64,000 bases of DNA from Gammaproteobacteria bacterium (GTDB lineage: Bacteria > Pseudomonadota > Gammaproteobacteria > JBCCGL01): the NCBI GenBank assembly GCA_965277715.1, contig OZ255836.1:1472001-1536000 (forward strand), in the 5' to 3' direction. Positions 23,320 to 33,904 of the stretch are shown here, piece by piece. Within the stretch, counting starts at the first letter, position 1. Every line of letters begins with the position of its first letter. The position numbers and the translations under genes were made by a program. Under the pieces are notes generated by a model. That model was given only the letters and a program-made list of their open reading frames with translations. It was not told the DNA's origin and did no database searches.

Positions 23320-25037
23320 CAGGCAAGCTCTCTTGCAGGGTTCATTCGCATTTCGTGGTGGCCTTTGCCAGATTCAATCATGGGGTAAACATTTTCTTCC
23401 TGGTCAATCACAAAGTCCATAAACACGCAGCGCTGCTTCATGGCAAACGCCTCTTTCAGCGCACCCTCTACATCAGCGGGACTGTCTATTACCATGCCGA
23501 CGTGGCCGAAGCTCTCCGTCAGTTTTTTAAAGTCTGGAATCGCATCGACATAGGAATGTGAATAGCGTTTCTCGTAAGTGAACTCCTGCCACTGGCGCAC
23601 CATGCCCATATAGCGATTGTTAAGGTTGATGATCTTAACCGGCAGATTGTATTGCGCACAGGTGGACAGTTCCTGGATACACATCAAAATACTGGCTTCA
23701 CCGGTAATACACGCGACCGGCGAATCGGGAAACGCCAGCTGCACACCCATCGCGGCGGGTAGGCCAAACCCCATCGTGCCAAGCCCGCCCGAATTGATCC
23801 AACGGCGCGGTTTATCGAACGGGTAAAACTGGGCGGCAAACATTTGGTGTTGTCCCACATCGGAGGTGATGTAAGCGTCACCGCTCGTCACCTCCCACAA
23901 TTTCTCGACCACCATTTGTGGTTTTATCAAGCCATTGCCACGGTCATACCCCAGACAATTGGTGGCTCTCCAGTTTTGGATCTGCGTCCACCAGTCGCTG
24001 AGATCATCCGGGTCGGCGCGTTTACTGGTGTCTTTAAGAATGGCAATCAGCTCTTTCAATACCAGGCCCACATCACCGACAATGGGTATATCAACCCGCA
24101 CGACTTTGGAGATCGACGCCGGGTCAATATCGATATGAATAATCTTTGCATTAGGGCAAAAGTGGGCAATTTCACCGGTAACGCGATCATCAAAGCGCGC
24201 ACCAATGGCAATCAACACATCGCATTCATGCATTGCCATATTGGCCTCATAAGTACCATGCATACCCAACATACCGATAAATTGCTTATCTGTAGCGGGG
24301 TAGGCACCCAACCCCATCAGCGTATTAGTAATAGGGTAATCCAGTGTTTTCGTCAGTTCTGTGAGTTGTTCGGCGGCGTTGCCAAGTACGACACCACCTC
24401 CCGAGTAAATCATCGGGCGTTTGGCTGACACCATCATATCCACTGCCTTGCGCATCTGCCCTGGGTGCCCCGTTATCGTCGGGTTGTAGGAGCGCATGGT
24501 AATAGACGGCGGATAGTTAAACGGTATCTTGATATTCGGCGCTGTCAGATCCTTGGGAATATCGACAACCACCGGGCCAGGCCGTCCTGTGGTGGCGACA
24601 TAAAATGCCTTTTTTATGGTCTCCGCCATCGTATCCAGCGACTGCACCAGAAAATTGTGTTTCACACAGGGCCGGGAGATTCCAATACTGTCAACTTCCT
24701 GAAAAGCATCGCTGCCGATAAATTTTTTCGGCACTTGCCCGGTCAGAACAACCATCGGGATCGAATCGAGATGGGCGGTGGCGATGCCGGTGATGGCGTT
24801 AGTAGCGCCGGGGCCAGAGGTCACCAACACCACACCGGGCTTACCCGTGGCACGGGCATACCCATCTGCGGCGTGCGTGGCACCCTGCTCGTGGCGCACG
24901 AGAATATGTTGCACGTCTTTTTGTTCGTACAGCGCATCGTATATATGTAATACGGCACCACCTGGATACCCAAAGATAAACTCAACGCCCTCCTCCTTCA
25001 GCGACTGAACGATAATCTCGCCACCCGATAACTCCAC
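23319..25037 (-). CDS. ilvI: Acetolactate synthase III large subunit
   Basis: FGYPGGAVL, RHEQG, GMLGMHG, DVGQHQM, GEASILM ThDP motif. Confidence 0.96.
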   Translation of the reverse strand: MELSGGEIIVQSLKEEGVEFIFGYPGGAVLHIYDALYEQKDVQHILVRHEQGATHAADGYARATGKPGVVLVTSGPGATNAITGIATAHLDSIPMVVLTGQVPKKFIGSDAFQEVDSIGISRPCVKHNFLVQSLDTMAETIKKAFYVATTGRPGPVVVDIPKDLTAPNIKIPFNYPPSITMRSYNPTITGHPGQMRKAVDMMVSAKRPMIYSGGGVVLGNAAEQLTELTKTLDYPITNTLMGLGAYPATDKQFIGMLGMHGTYEANMAMHECDVLIAIGARFDDRVTGEIAHFCPNAKIIHIDIDPASISKVVRVDIPIVGDVGLVLKELIAILKDTSKRADPDDLSDWWTQIQNWRATNCLGYDRGNGLIKPQMVVEKLWEVTSGDAYITSDVGQHQMFAAQFYPFDKPRRWINSGGLGTMGFGLPAAMGVQLAFPDSPVACITGEASILMCIQELSTCAQYNLPVKIINLNNRYMGMVRQWQEFTYEKRYSHSYVDAIPDFKKLTESFGHVGMVIDSPADVEGALKEAFAMKQRCVFMDFVIDQEENVYPMIESGKGHHEMRMNPARELA

Positions 25038-25069
25038 GTTTACTCCCCTAAGTCTCTTGTTAAATATAA

Positions 25070-25146
25070 AATACGGCCTGAAATTTTAGTGTCAGGCCGT
25101 ATTACAATTAAAAAAACGCACGATTTCGCGAGAAATCGCACGTTTT
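25070..25146 (-). terminator. Two tandem hairpins between the M48 peptidase gene and ilvI
   Basis: AATACGGCCTGA/TCAGGCCGTATT (25070-25103) and, on the minus strand, AAAACGTGCGATTTC/GAAATCGTGCGTTTTTT with a U tail (25113-25146). Confidence 0.55.
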
Positions 25147-25229
25147 CAGTTAGCCTGCTAGTTTAATATGAAATGAATAGAAATTGCACGGCCAGGCGCA
25201 AAATTACCTGCGATTCGTATCAACGCCTC

Positions 25230-26087
25230 TTAGTGCTCTTTGCCTGTGACCAGATTGGATACCGGTATTAGTTTGGCACTGCCTGCCTGCTGGACAGGTA
25301 ACGCTTCTTTCAACGTAGCAATTTGTTCGATACGCTCATCCATGCCGGGATGCGTGCTGGCAAATTGCAGTACGCCAGGCGCACCCTGGTCTTCTTGCAA
25401 GCGCGTAAAGAAGTCCTGACTGCCATTGATGTGCCCGTAGTATGCCTGCAAAGCGTGCAGTGCCAGTGCATCGGCAGCGCTTTCCTGTGACCGACTGAAT
25501 TTAAGCGATGTCAGTGTGGTACTCGTCATCACAGCTGCGGCTGCGCCATTGTTGTCGATGCTACCAGTGATTATTGACATAACAACACCGATGAGAATGC
25601 CGCTGCTCAACGATTTGATTGGGTGGCGTTCTTTGATATGCGCTATTTCATGTGCCAACACGAAAGCGAGCTCGTTTTCAGACATTACATAGTCGAGCAG
25701 GCCTTGGTTAATCAATATCAGGCCGTCGAGTGTAGCAAAGGCATTGATTGCGTCGTCGTCTACATAGGCTACCTGGATAGACATACCCATAGGCAAATCC
25801 ATTTTGTCCGCCAGGCCCTGCGCCAATTGTGTTAAATAATCGTATATCGGTTGGTTTTTTTGCGAATCGCTTTCAGCAACTACCGTTTTTATAAAGGTAG
25901 ACGGTATGATTTTTTGTTCATATTCAAATGGGATGTGTTGTGCAAAATGTTGTACCAGCAGATGCACGGCTACAACCAAGGCGATAAGCAATAGAAAAAC
26001 CCCGGCAACCAATACGGCAAATTCTTTTAACGGATTCTCCTTGCTGTAATTAATTTCCTCTGGGATTTTTGGATTGGAGTAAAGCAT
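25230..26087 (-). CDS. M48-family zinc metallopeptidase
   Basis: INAFA, HEIAH, FSRSQESAAD, STHP. Confidence 0.9.
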   Translation of the reverse strand: MLYSNPKIPEEINYSKENPLKEFAVLVAGVFLLLIALVVAVHLLVQHFAQHIPFEYEQKIIPSTFIKTVVAESDSQKNQPIYDYLTQLAQGLADKMDLPMGMSIQVAYVDDDAINAFATLDGLILINQGLLDYVMSENELAFVLAHEIAHIKERHPIKSLSSGILIGVVMSIITGSIDNNGAAAAVMTSTTLTSLKFSRSQESAADALALHALQAYYGHINGSQDFFTRLQEDQGAPGVLQFASTHPGMDERIEQIATLKEALPVQQAGSAKLIPVSNLVTGKEH

Positions 26088-26088
26088 G

Positions 26089-26547
26089 TCAAGGCGATTT
26101 TGGAATCACCGCAGTGCCGTAAGCGTACACTTCCACAGAGCCTATTGCATTGTGCCTACCTTTAGAAATTGAAGCGGTTTCCAATTTGCAGTTAAACACG
26201 GCTATAGCGCCATTGTCTGCGGCTTCCTGTTTCATACGCAGCAGTGCTTCACGGCGTGCCCGCTCTAACAATGTTTCATACACACGGATGCGTCCCCCCA
26301 CTAATGCACGTAAACCCGAGAGAAACCGTTTAAAGTAATCAATTGAAATAACCACACTACCATCGACAAATTGATTGTCGAATTTACTGTTATTGAATTC
26401 GGTCAGTAGTTTTTTTTCTGGAACGATAAGAATACCTTTTAACGCATCTTCCCGTTCGATAATCTGTTTGAAATGTCGTCGTTCTGAGAATGTACCAAAG
26501 CCGTAACCCAGCACTAATAAGATAAACAGTATAGCTATATCAACCAT
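26089..26547 (-). CDS. YbjQ/UPF0145-like protein with N-terminal TM helix
   Basis: GSVVISIDYFKRF, LLERARREALLRMK, VEVYAYGTA. Confidence 0.85.
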   Translation of the reverse strand: MVDIAILFILLVLGYGFGTFSERRHFKQIIEREDALKGILIVPEKKLLTEFNNSKFDNQFVDGSVVISIDYFKRFLSGLRALVGGRIRVYETLLERARREALLRMKQEAADNGAIAVFNCKLETASISKGRHNAIGSVEVYAYGTAVIPKSP

Positions 26548-26550
26548 GCG

Positions 26551-26865
26551 CTATTCCAGGACAACAGCCGTGCCATAAACGAATAACTCAGCGGCACCCT
26601 GTGTAACAGATGATGTTGAAAAACGCACATTGAGCACGGCATTGGCACCAATGGCTTTAGCTTGCTGCTGCATGCGATGCGTGGCCTCTGCGCGGGACTC
26701 TTGCAATAATTCGGTGTAGCCTTTTAACTCACCACCAAAAATATTCTTCAGGCTGGCCATAATATCCCGCCCGGCATGTTTGGCACGCACCGAACTACCT
26801 TGTACCAAACCGAGGTGCCTAGTGATAGTTTTACCGGAAACAGTTTCCAAATTGCTAATAATCAT
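26551..26865 (-). CDS. YbjQ/UPF0145 family protein
   Basis: GRDIMASLKNIFGGELKGYTELL, GANAV, YGTAV. Confidence 0.92.
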   Translation of the reverse strand: MIISNLETVSGKTITRHLGLVQGSSVRAKHAGRDIMASLKNIFGGELKGYTELLQESRAEATHRMQQQAKAIGANAVLNVRFSTSSVTQGAAELFVYGTAVVLE

Positions 26866-27029
26866 TATTACTCTTCATGTGGCAAGGTGAGTTAACTTGC
26901 TGTTTTTATATATACAAACGAAAAAACATTCTAACAGAAGGAATACCAGAAGGTATCAGAAGGTTTATCACAGTGAAACGCCCATTCGAAAGGTGCCTGA
27001 TATTGCGTTACCTTCTATTTATTTGGCAG

Positions 27030-27200
27030 TATCGCCCCTTGCCTACATCCCTGTAGGCAAAGCTACCGCTCCTGCTATCGCCCCTTGCCTACATCCCTGT
27101 AGGCAAAGCTACCGCTCCTGCTATCGCCCCTTGCCTACATCCCTGTAGGCAAAGCTACCGCTCCCAGCTATCGCCCCTTGCCTACATCCCTGTAGGCAAA
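27030..27200. repeat. Tandem array of a 46-bp unit with REP-like palindrome (about 3.7 copies)
   Basis: Unit TATCGCCCCTTGCCTACATCCCTGTAGGCAAAGCTACCGCTCCTGC starts at 27030, 27076, 27122 and 27169; core TTGCCTACA-TCCC-TGTAGGCAA. Confidence 0.95.
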
Positions 27201-28342
27201 AGTGGTGGTGCATCAACCGATACAAACGTCTCAGCAAAAAAACCATTAAAGCGTGTCGAAGCCGCGTTGGAATAAGCCCCAATTTGGCCAATTTCAATCC
27301 AATCTCCCTCTTCGGCGTCCACCGGCAACGTAAACGGCGCAGGTAATATATCCACGCAATCACATGTCGGCCCGAGGATACGGAAGGCCTGTTGCTCACG
27401 GCTTAACGTTCGCCAGGGGTTAACTAGCCTCGTCGGCAGTTTAATCTTCGCCACCAGTGTTTCAGACAAACTCTGGTAAACCCCATCGTTAATATATAAA
27501 TCATTGCCCTTGCGCAACTGAATTTGTGCCAATAGCGAACAACCACTGGCAACCATCGCCCTGCCCGGCTCACACATCAGGACACAATCACCCCGCAATC
27601 CAGCCCCTGCAACCGCCTCGCGAATGGTGTCGATATACACCGACAACGCAGGGGGTGCGTCATCGTCGTAACACGCGGGGAAACCACCGCCAACATCGAG
27701 GTAGTGAATCGGCACATCGGCACGGTGTATAATATTTAGCGCCGTATCCACACCTGCCTTAAATGCCTGCGGTTCACGGCACTGGGAGCCCACGTGGAAG
27801 GCGATGCCTGTTTGAAACCCCGCCTGGTGGACGCTGCGCAGCAAAGCCACGGCATCCTCCCCTTCGCTGCCAAACTTATCAGACAATTTATACTGGGCAT
27901 CAAAACCCGGCGTGACAATCCGCACCAGCACAACACGGCCATCCCCCGCACCAGTTACTGCGATCATTTTTTCCAACTCCTTAATATGGTCGATCACATA
28001 GTGGTCTACCCGGTATACATCGTGGGCACTTTGAATCGCTGCACGCGGTTTGACCGGGTGCATAAAATAGCAGTCAGCCTGTGGAAAGTGCTCGCGCACC
28101 AAGGCAATTTCCGCCAGCGAGGCCGTATCAAAGTGCCGAATGCCAGCATCGTATAGAGCCTGTAATACAACGACATGTGGGTTGCACTTCACCGCATACA
28201 GTACTCTGCCGGGAAACTGCTTAAGAAAATACTCCGCCTGGCGTGCAAGTTCAGCGGGGCGTAGGCAGTAAACCGGGTAACCCGGTTTGAGTGCCTGGAT
28301 AACCGCTTCAACGTCAGCGAAATTAGGGATTTTTGCCATCAA
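27182..28342 (-). CDS. Fold type III PLP-dependent ornithine/lysine decarboxylase
   Basis: YAVKCNP, FDTASLAE, KFG, FHVGSQ, DVGGGF, EPGR, GPTCD. Confidence 0.9.
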   Translation of the reverse strand: MMAKIPNFADVEAVIQALKPGYPVYCLRPAELARQAEYFLKQFPGRVLYAVKCNPHVVVLQALYDAGIRHFDTASLAEIALVREHFPQADCYFMHPVKPRAAIQSAHDVYRVDHYVIDHIKELEKMIAVTGAGDGRVVLVRIVTPGFDAQYKLSDKFGSEGEDAVALLRSVHQAGFQTGIAFHVGSQCREPQAFKAGVDTALNIIHRADVPIHYLDVGGGFPACYDDDAPPALSVYIDTIREAVAGAGLRGDCVLMCEPGRAMVASGCSLLAQIQLRKGNDLYINDGVYQSLSETLVAKIKLPTRLVNPWRTLSREQQAFRILGPTCDCVDILPAPFTLPVDAEEGDWIEIGQIGAYSNAASTRFNGFFAETFVSVDAPPLLPTGM

Positions 28343-29438
28343 TATAACTCACACGATAAATAATGCCCGCCTTATCATCTGCGACTAACAGGGAGCCATC
28401 ATTCAACTCCAATAGTGCAGCGGGCCGACCACTGGCAGACTGCCCCACCAGCCAACCCTGAATAAAAGGCTGGTAAGACACCACGTTATTATTTTCAATC
28501 ATCGCCACCATAACCCGATACCCCACTTTGCTGCTGCGATTCCAGGAACCGTGCTCGGCGACAAAAAGTGCGTGGCGGTATTTTTCCGGGAACTGTTTGC
28601 CCCGGTAAAAATGGATGCCCAAGGGTGCAACGTGCGCCTGAAGATTCAGCACCGGAGTGACATAATCCGGATTTTCTCTGTCGCGAAATTCCGGTTGCGG
28701 TGTGTTATTACCGTAGACATAAGGAAAACCAAAATGCTGGCCTGCAGCAGAGACCCGGTTAATTTCATCGGGGGGTATATCATCACCGATACTGTCGCGA
28801 CCATTGTCAGAAAACCACAGTTCACCCGTTACCGGGTGCCAGTCAAAACCGACACTGTTACGCACACCAGAGGCGTATAGCGACCATTTATTCGTATCGA
28901 TGTCCAGGTTCAGAATAGTGCCGAATACCGGGTTGCGCGTTTCACAAATATTACACGGAACCCCCACCGGCACATACAGTTTGCCATCGTCGCCAAAGCG
29001 AATAAATTTCCAGCCGTGGTGGGTTGCATCGGGCAGGTCACTTGAGATTATTTCCGCTTTGGGGGGCGACTGTAAGCGGGACTCAATATCGGCATAACGC
29101 AGTATGCGGTTAACCGCAGCGACATAGAGTGATTGATCCTTAAACGCAATACCGCTCGGCAGCAGCAACTGACGGGCAATAGTAAACACTTTATCGGCGC
29201 GAAAATCGGCATCCGTGTCGACCACTGCATACACATTTCCCGCATTGCGTGAGCCCACAAACACGGTACCCTTGTCCCCCAGGGCCATCTGCCGTGCATT
29301 GGGCACCTGATCGGTAAATACGTCGATACGAAACCCGTCTGGCACACGTAAACCGGTGGCATTGGCTGACCAGGCAACACATACACACAGGCAGACAATC
29401 AAGCGCAATCCCTGTATTAGTAAAGCTGATATCGACAT
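28323..29438 (-). CDS. PQQ-dependent glucose/sorbosone dehydrogenase family protein
   Basis: Signal peptide; HHGWKFIRFG, GVPCNIC, GVRNSVGFDW, HGSWNRS. Confidence 0.88.
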   Translation of the reverse strand: MSISALLIQGLRLIVCLCVCVAWSANATGLRVPDGFRIDVFTDQVPNARQMALGDKGTVFVGSRNAGNVYAVVDTDADFRADKVFTIARQLLLPSGIAFKDQSLYVAAVNRILRYADIESRLQSPPKAEIISSDLPDATHHGWKFIRFGDDGKLYVPVGVPCNICETRNPVFGTILNLDIDTNKWSLYASGVRNSVGFDWHPVTGELWFSDNGRDSIGDDIPPDEINRVSAAGQHFGFPYVYGNNTPQPEFRDRENPDYVTPVLNLQAHVAPLGIHFYRGKQFPEKYRHALFVAEHGSWNRSSKVGYRVMVAMIENNNVVSYQPFIQGWLVGQSASGRPAALLELNDGSLLVADDKAGIIYRVSYIDGKNP

Positions 29439-29540
29439 AATTCCAAAAATCTCAGTTAAGTTCTCAGTAATATAGTTGTCGGGAAACCAGGCATTCTACC
29501 TGTAACCCACACAAGCGATATCCACAATAACCAATGGTAG

Positions 29541-30145
29541 TGATTTGGCTACACTAATTCGGACACCTCACTTAAAGTAAACTGAGTTTACCAGAGGAAC
29601 CGAAAATGAACGAGAAAAAGCCCTATACCATAGAATTTCGAGAATCAGCGGTTAAGTTAGCCTTGAAAAAGGATCAAACAATTGCAACAACAGCACGTGA
29701 ACTGGGCGTGAATGAGAATACTTTGCCTACCTGGATTAGCAAATAGAGCCAACCCGTTACGGATGGCTACGGACGCACCGATGAACACTTATATGATGAA
29801 CCCAAACGGTTGAAAAAAGAAACTATTCGTTTGAAGGAGGAACGGGATTTATTAAAAAAAGCGGCCGCGTACTTTGCCAGGGAACAAAAGTGAAGTACGC
29901 CTGGAGACCACAACATCAGTCAACCTACGGCGTTCGACCTCTTTGTCGATTTATGGACGTTTCCAGTAGAGGTTATCATTCCGGGTTAAAACAAGGTGTC
30001 ACCTTACGGAATCAGGAAAACCAGCGTCTGACAGAGCGTCTAAGCGTTTTTTTGAACAGGGACGAGGGACTTAGGGTACGCGACGTTTACAACGCTTATT
30101 TGCCAATGAAAGCCTTCGTATCAGTCGTCGCCGAATAGGGCGTTT
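29541..30145 (+). mobile_element. Degenerate IS3-family element (left end, orfA, start of orfB)
   Basis: Left IR TGATTTGGCTACACTAATTCGGACAC; orfA from 29606 (YTIEFRESAVKL...LKKAAAYFA) with an internal TAG; AAAAAAAG slippery site; orfB frameshifted and truncated. Confidence 0.85.
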
Positions 30146-30224
30146 ATCCAATAAAGTGTTGACATATCACATTGCAGCTTTTAGCTTTTCTTCGTAACGC
30201 TTGAATTCGCTTGGCTTATCTTTA

Positions 30225-30990
30225 CCTAATTACCACTCAAGCTAAGCCTATTTTCAGCATTTTTTCAGTCATAGATGGTGTTCTTAATGCCACATAGAAG
30301 AACCGGGGGAGTATATCTTTAAGTGAAAATCGCCGATTAAACCGGTACTGAAAGTCAGCAAGGTAGCGCTGAGCATATTTTGGCTGAATAGCATGATAGG
30401 TACTGCGTAAGGCAGACTTAAGATTGCCTAATATCGTATTTACCCAGTAAAACGCCGGTTCCTCTACCGAGGCTTTACCACCACCACACACAATTTTATC
30501 ATGCAGACAATCCGCTTTGGTAACGGCATTAAAACAAGCAAGGCCATCCGATATCACTGTTGTACCCGGTTCAATATGCTGCTTCGCCCACGCTTCAATC
30601 GCGTCACTACGAAATCCCTCAACGACATTTAATTTTATGCGTATAGGTTGGCTGTTGGCTGTCGTTTCAACCGCCGCTACAAATGCTGTTTTCCCTTTTG
30701 CACCGCGTCCTCTCTTGCAACCTGAATGCTCACCCCCTAAATAAGCATCATCGAGTTCAACTAATCCTGATAACGGTTTTGATTCATCACGTTCATACAT
30801 CACTTGCATGATCTTGTGCTTCATATGCCAAGCGGCTTTATATGAAATACCTAGATGCCTGTGTAACGCCATTGCAGACAGGCCTTTTTTATCTTGGGCA
30901 ATCAAATACAGTGTTTGAAACCAACAGGTTAACGGGCGTTTTGTGGCTTGAAAAATCGTACCGGCTGTAATGGATGTTTGGTGGTGGCCC
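30225..30990 (-). mobile_element. IS1595-family transposase, 5' truncated by IS3 insertion
   Basis: HQTSITAGTIF, VELDDAYLGG, ISDG, YLADFQYRFNRR; terminal CCTAATTACCAC at 30225; N-terminal Zn ribbon missing. Confidence 0.88.
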
Positions 30991-30995
30991 CCCTG

Positions 30996-32660
30996 TGTCA
31001 GGGTAGTTGTCCCCCTCCCTAAATCGGGATTCAATAAGTTATTACAGGAGGCAAAGAGAGAGTGATATGGGTTATCCAATAGAAAGGAAAGCGGCTGTTT
31101 TAAAGAAGATGCTGCCGCCGAACAATCAGACAATTTCCCGGTTAGCCAAAGAAGAAGGCATTGCACAAGGTACGCTTTATAGTTGGCGAGCCCAAGCAAG
31201 AGCGAAAGGCGAACTCATGCCAGATGGCGATTTGACACCAGCAGGTTGGGGTTCTTCGGATAAGTTTGCAGCGGTTCTGGAAAGTGCGTCATTAAGCGAA
31301 ACAGACCTTTCAGCTTATTGCCGTCATCGTGGTTTGTACCCTGATCAGATTAAGGCATGGCGAATGGCTTGTGAACAAGCCAATGACTGGGATCGCGCCC
31401 AAACGAAACGTTTACAAACCAGTCGTAGAGAAGCGGATAAACGTATTAAACGTCTCGAACAAGACCTGCACCGAAAGGAGAAAGCGTTAGCCGAAACAGC
31501 CGCTTTGCTGGTGCTTAGAGAAAAGGCCCAAGCGATCTGGGGGGAGGGAGAGGACGAATGACCTGCCATTCAGATCGCCAAAATAGTATCCGTTTAATCA
31601 AAGAGGCCGTTGTCGCTGGCGCTACATTAAGCAAAGCGTGCAAAGTGCTTGAGTGACACCCTAAGACGTACCGACGCTGGGCAAACGCGGGTACTGTCCG
31701 TGCTGATGGCAGACCCAGCGCTCATCGACAGGCGCCTGGTAATAAGTTCACAACAGAAGAGCGGGCATTGATCGTCACCACTTGTAATGAAGCGAAATAC
31801 CAAGCGCTACCCCCCTCGCAAATTGTGCCCAAATTGGCGGATGAAGGTGTGTATATTGGGTCAGAGTCAAGCTTCTATCGGGTGTTAAAGTCGGAAAACC
31901 AACTGCAGCGGCGAGGTAAGGCGGCGGCGCCTAAAAAACGGCACAAACCTAACAGCTACCTGGCATCAAGGCCAAACGAGGTGTGGTCTTGGGATATTAC
32001 CTTTTTGAAATCGAACATAACCGGGTGGTTTTACCGGCTTTACATGATGATGGATATTTACAGTCGTAAAATTGTTGCCTGGGAAGTACATGACAGTGAA
32101 TCGGCTGATCTGGCAGCGGCGCTGATCCAGCGTGCCTGTTTAGCGGAGGGGTGCAGCCAAAGTCAATTGGTATTACACGCGGATAATGGTGGCCCGATGA
32201 AAGGTGCTACCATGTTAGCAAAACTGCAATGGTTGGGTGTGATACCTTCGTTTAGCAGGCCATCGGTAAGCGATGATAATCCTTATTCAGAAAGTCTGTT
32301 TAGAACCTTAAAATACACGCCTGCCTATCCGTCAAAGCCATTTGATAGTTTAGCCTCTGCGCGAAACTGGGTGCATGGATTTGTGCAATGGTACAACGAC
32401 TCTCATTGCCATAGCGGCATTGGGTTTGTGACACCAACCTCACGTCATAAAGGCGAAGATCACGCGATACTGGCAGCCAGAAAAGCAGTTTATGAACAAG
32501 CAAAGGCCAAACACCCTGAACGCTGGAACCAGGATATTAAACACCTCGAACCGGTATCGGGGGTGTGGTTAAACCCGGAAAAGGAAGGCTTGGCCATGAG
32601 ACAAAAGCACAATGGAATTGAAAAGCAAGTAGCATAGTAAAATGGACAACTACCTTGACA
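30996..32660 (+). mobile_element. Full-length IS3-family element with inactivated orfB
   Basis: IRs TGTCAGGGTAGTTGTCC / GGACAACTACCTTGACA; orfA 31067-31561; orfB from 31558 has an in-frame TGA near 31654, then the DDE core (WSWDIT, HADNG, DNPYSESLF). Confidence 0.9.
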
Positions 32661-32794
32661 AACACCGGGGGGACTCAATCAATATTAAAACTAAAGGCTA
32701 CACAGCAGGAGACCAGAAACTATTCGAGAAGTGGTTAAAGCAATTCTTACAACAGGATCAGCAGATAAAATCCAACCTCAATCAGCCAACAACA

Positions 32795-33202
32795 TCACCC
32801 TCGAACTAACCAACCTTTAGAAGCCAATACTTTTTTAAAATCCTTCACAATAGCAATCCAAACAGGCTTTTTGTCTCCATAATCTACAATAAAGTTAATA
32901 CTATTTTCTTCAAAGCCATTGGAAAAATATAAATACCCATTTTTCTCAGTTAACAAATGAATATTTACCTTAAAAGTAGATTTCTCATCTGATCTTTCAT
33001 ACCACTCAGAGGCATTTTGAGAGCGATACCAACCGAACCATTGAAGATTCAACCTATTCGATCCAGAAAAATCGTATAGAAAATCTACGAATTCAGCATA
33101 GCTAGAGTCCCCCAAATCTAACTTCATTGATTCAGGCTTGGAATTTGCGTCTGAACAGCCATATAGAAATAGCATCGCTAAAATAACGCTTAAGATTCTC
33201 AT
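32795..33202 (-). CDS. Hypothetical lipoprotein, candidate immunity protein
   Basis: Lipobox LYGC after a hydrophobic signal; AT-rich; directly follows a truncated toxin-like ORF. Confidence 0.6.
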   Translation of the reverse strand: MRILSVILAMLFLYGCSDANSKPESMKLDLGDSSYAEFVDFLYDFSGSNRLNLQWFGWYRSQNASEWYERSDEKSTFKVNIHLLTEKNGYLYFSNGFEENSINFIVDYGDKKPVWIAIVKDFKKVLASKGWLVRG

Positions 33203-33238
33203 TCACTAATTTACCTTTAGAACAAACAAGCCTTAAAA

Positions 33239-33491
33239 CTAGTGCAGTATGCTCTGGTTATATGCCCCTGGATGATTCTGGCGAAAAATATCGTTCCGAA
33301 TATTCGTATCTAGAATCGCTGGGAAGTACAACGAAGACGCCATATTACCAGCCCACGCAAACGGGCCCGTATTAACGCCAACACCAACCGTGAAAACAGA
33401 AATTGAATCCTGATTAATAACCAAAGATCTCGTCACAGTCCCATGTTCAAACGAGTGGCCTGGCAGCGTCTCATTTACCAATGTGTAATTC
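33239..33491 (-). pseudogene. C-terminal fragment of a probable polymorphic (Rhs-type) toxin
   Basis: Open frame (LVNETLPGHSFEHGTVTRSLV...TVGVGVNTG) cut at the IS66 end. Resemblance to Rhs C-terminal tips is from recall only. Confidence 0.45.
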
Positions 33492-33903
33492 GTAAGCGCC
33501 CTTAAATCAGCCTCTATTCCAAGGTAATGTCCAAAACGACATGCCAAGGCAGCAAGGCCTCTCTCTTTTCAAGAGTATCGGCACTGCCGATATGATTAAG
33601 GACGTGCAGTATGTACGCATAGGGTTCAAGCCCATTAGCTTTGGCCGTTTCGATCAATGAGTAACATGTGGCACTGGCATGGGCGCCACGGGTTGAATCG
33701 GCAAACAGCCAGGCTTTTCTACCCACAGCAAAAGGCCTAATGGCATTTTCAGCCAGCACGTTGCTGATGTGTAACCGTCCATCATCACAGTAGCCTGTGA
33801 GGGTATGCCATTGATTCAGTGCATAGTCCATGGCGTTACGAGTAAGGGACTTTTTAGCCACCTGGGTAGTATGCTTATCCAGCCATTGTTTGAAGTCTTC
33901 TAA
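33492..33903 (-). mobile_element. IS66-family remnant (TnpC C-terminus and terminal IR)
   Basis: ISNVLAENAIRPFAVGRKAWLF, YSLIETAKANGLEP; GTAAGCGCCC terminus at 33492. Confidence 0.9.
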
Positions 33904-33904
33904 T

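Noticed and set aside
25038-25229. ilv leader-peptide attenuator
   Set aside because: Hairpins are present, but no short Ile/Leu/Val-rich ORF was found on the minus strand.
27030-27200. CRISPR array
   Set aside because: The segments between palindromes are short and essentially identical rather than unique spacers, and no cas genes are nearby.
30237-31199. 320-aa ORF as an intact IS1595 transposase
   Set aside because: Its N-terminus is read from the antisense strand of the inserted IS3. ORFs 33239-33547 and 45865-46461 are similar junction chimeras.
31640-31670. Programmed read-through or selenocysteine at the TGA in IS3 orfB
   Set aside because: A simple nonsense mutation fits better given that all neighbouring transposases are decayed.
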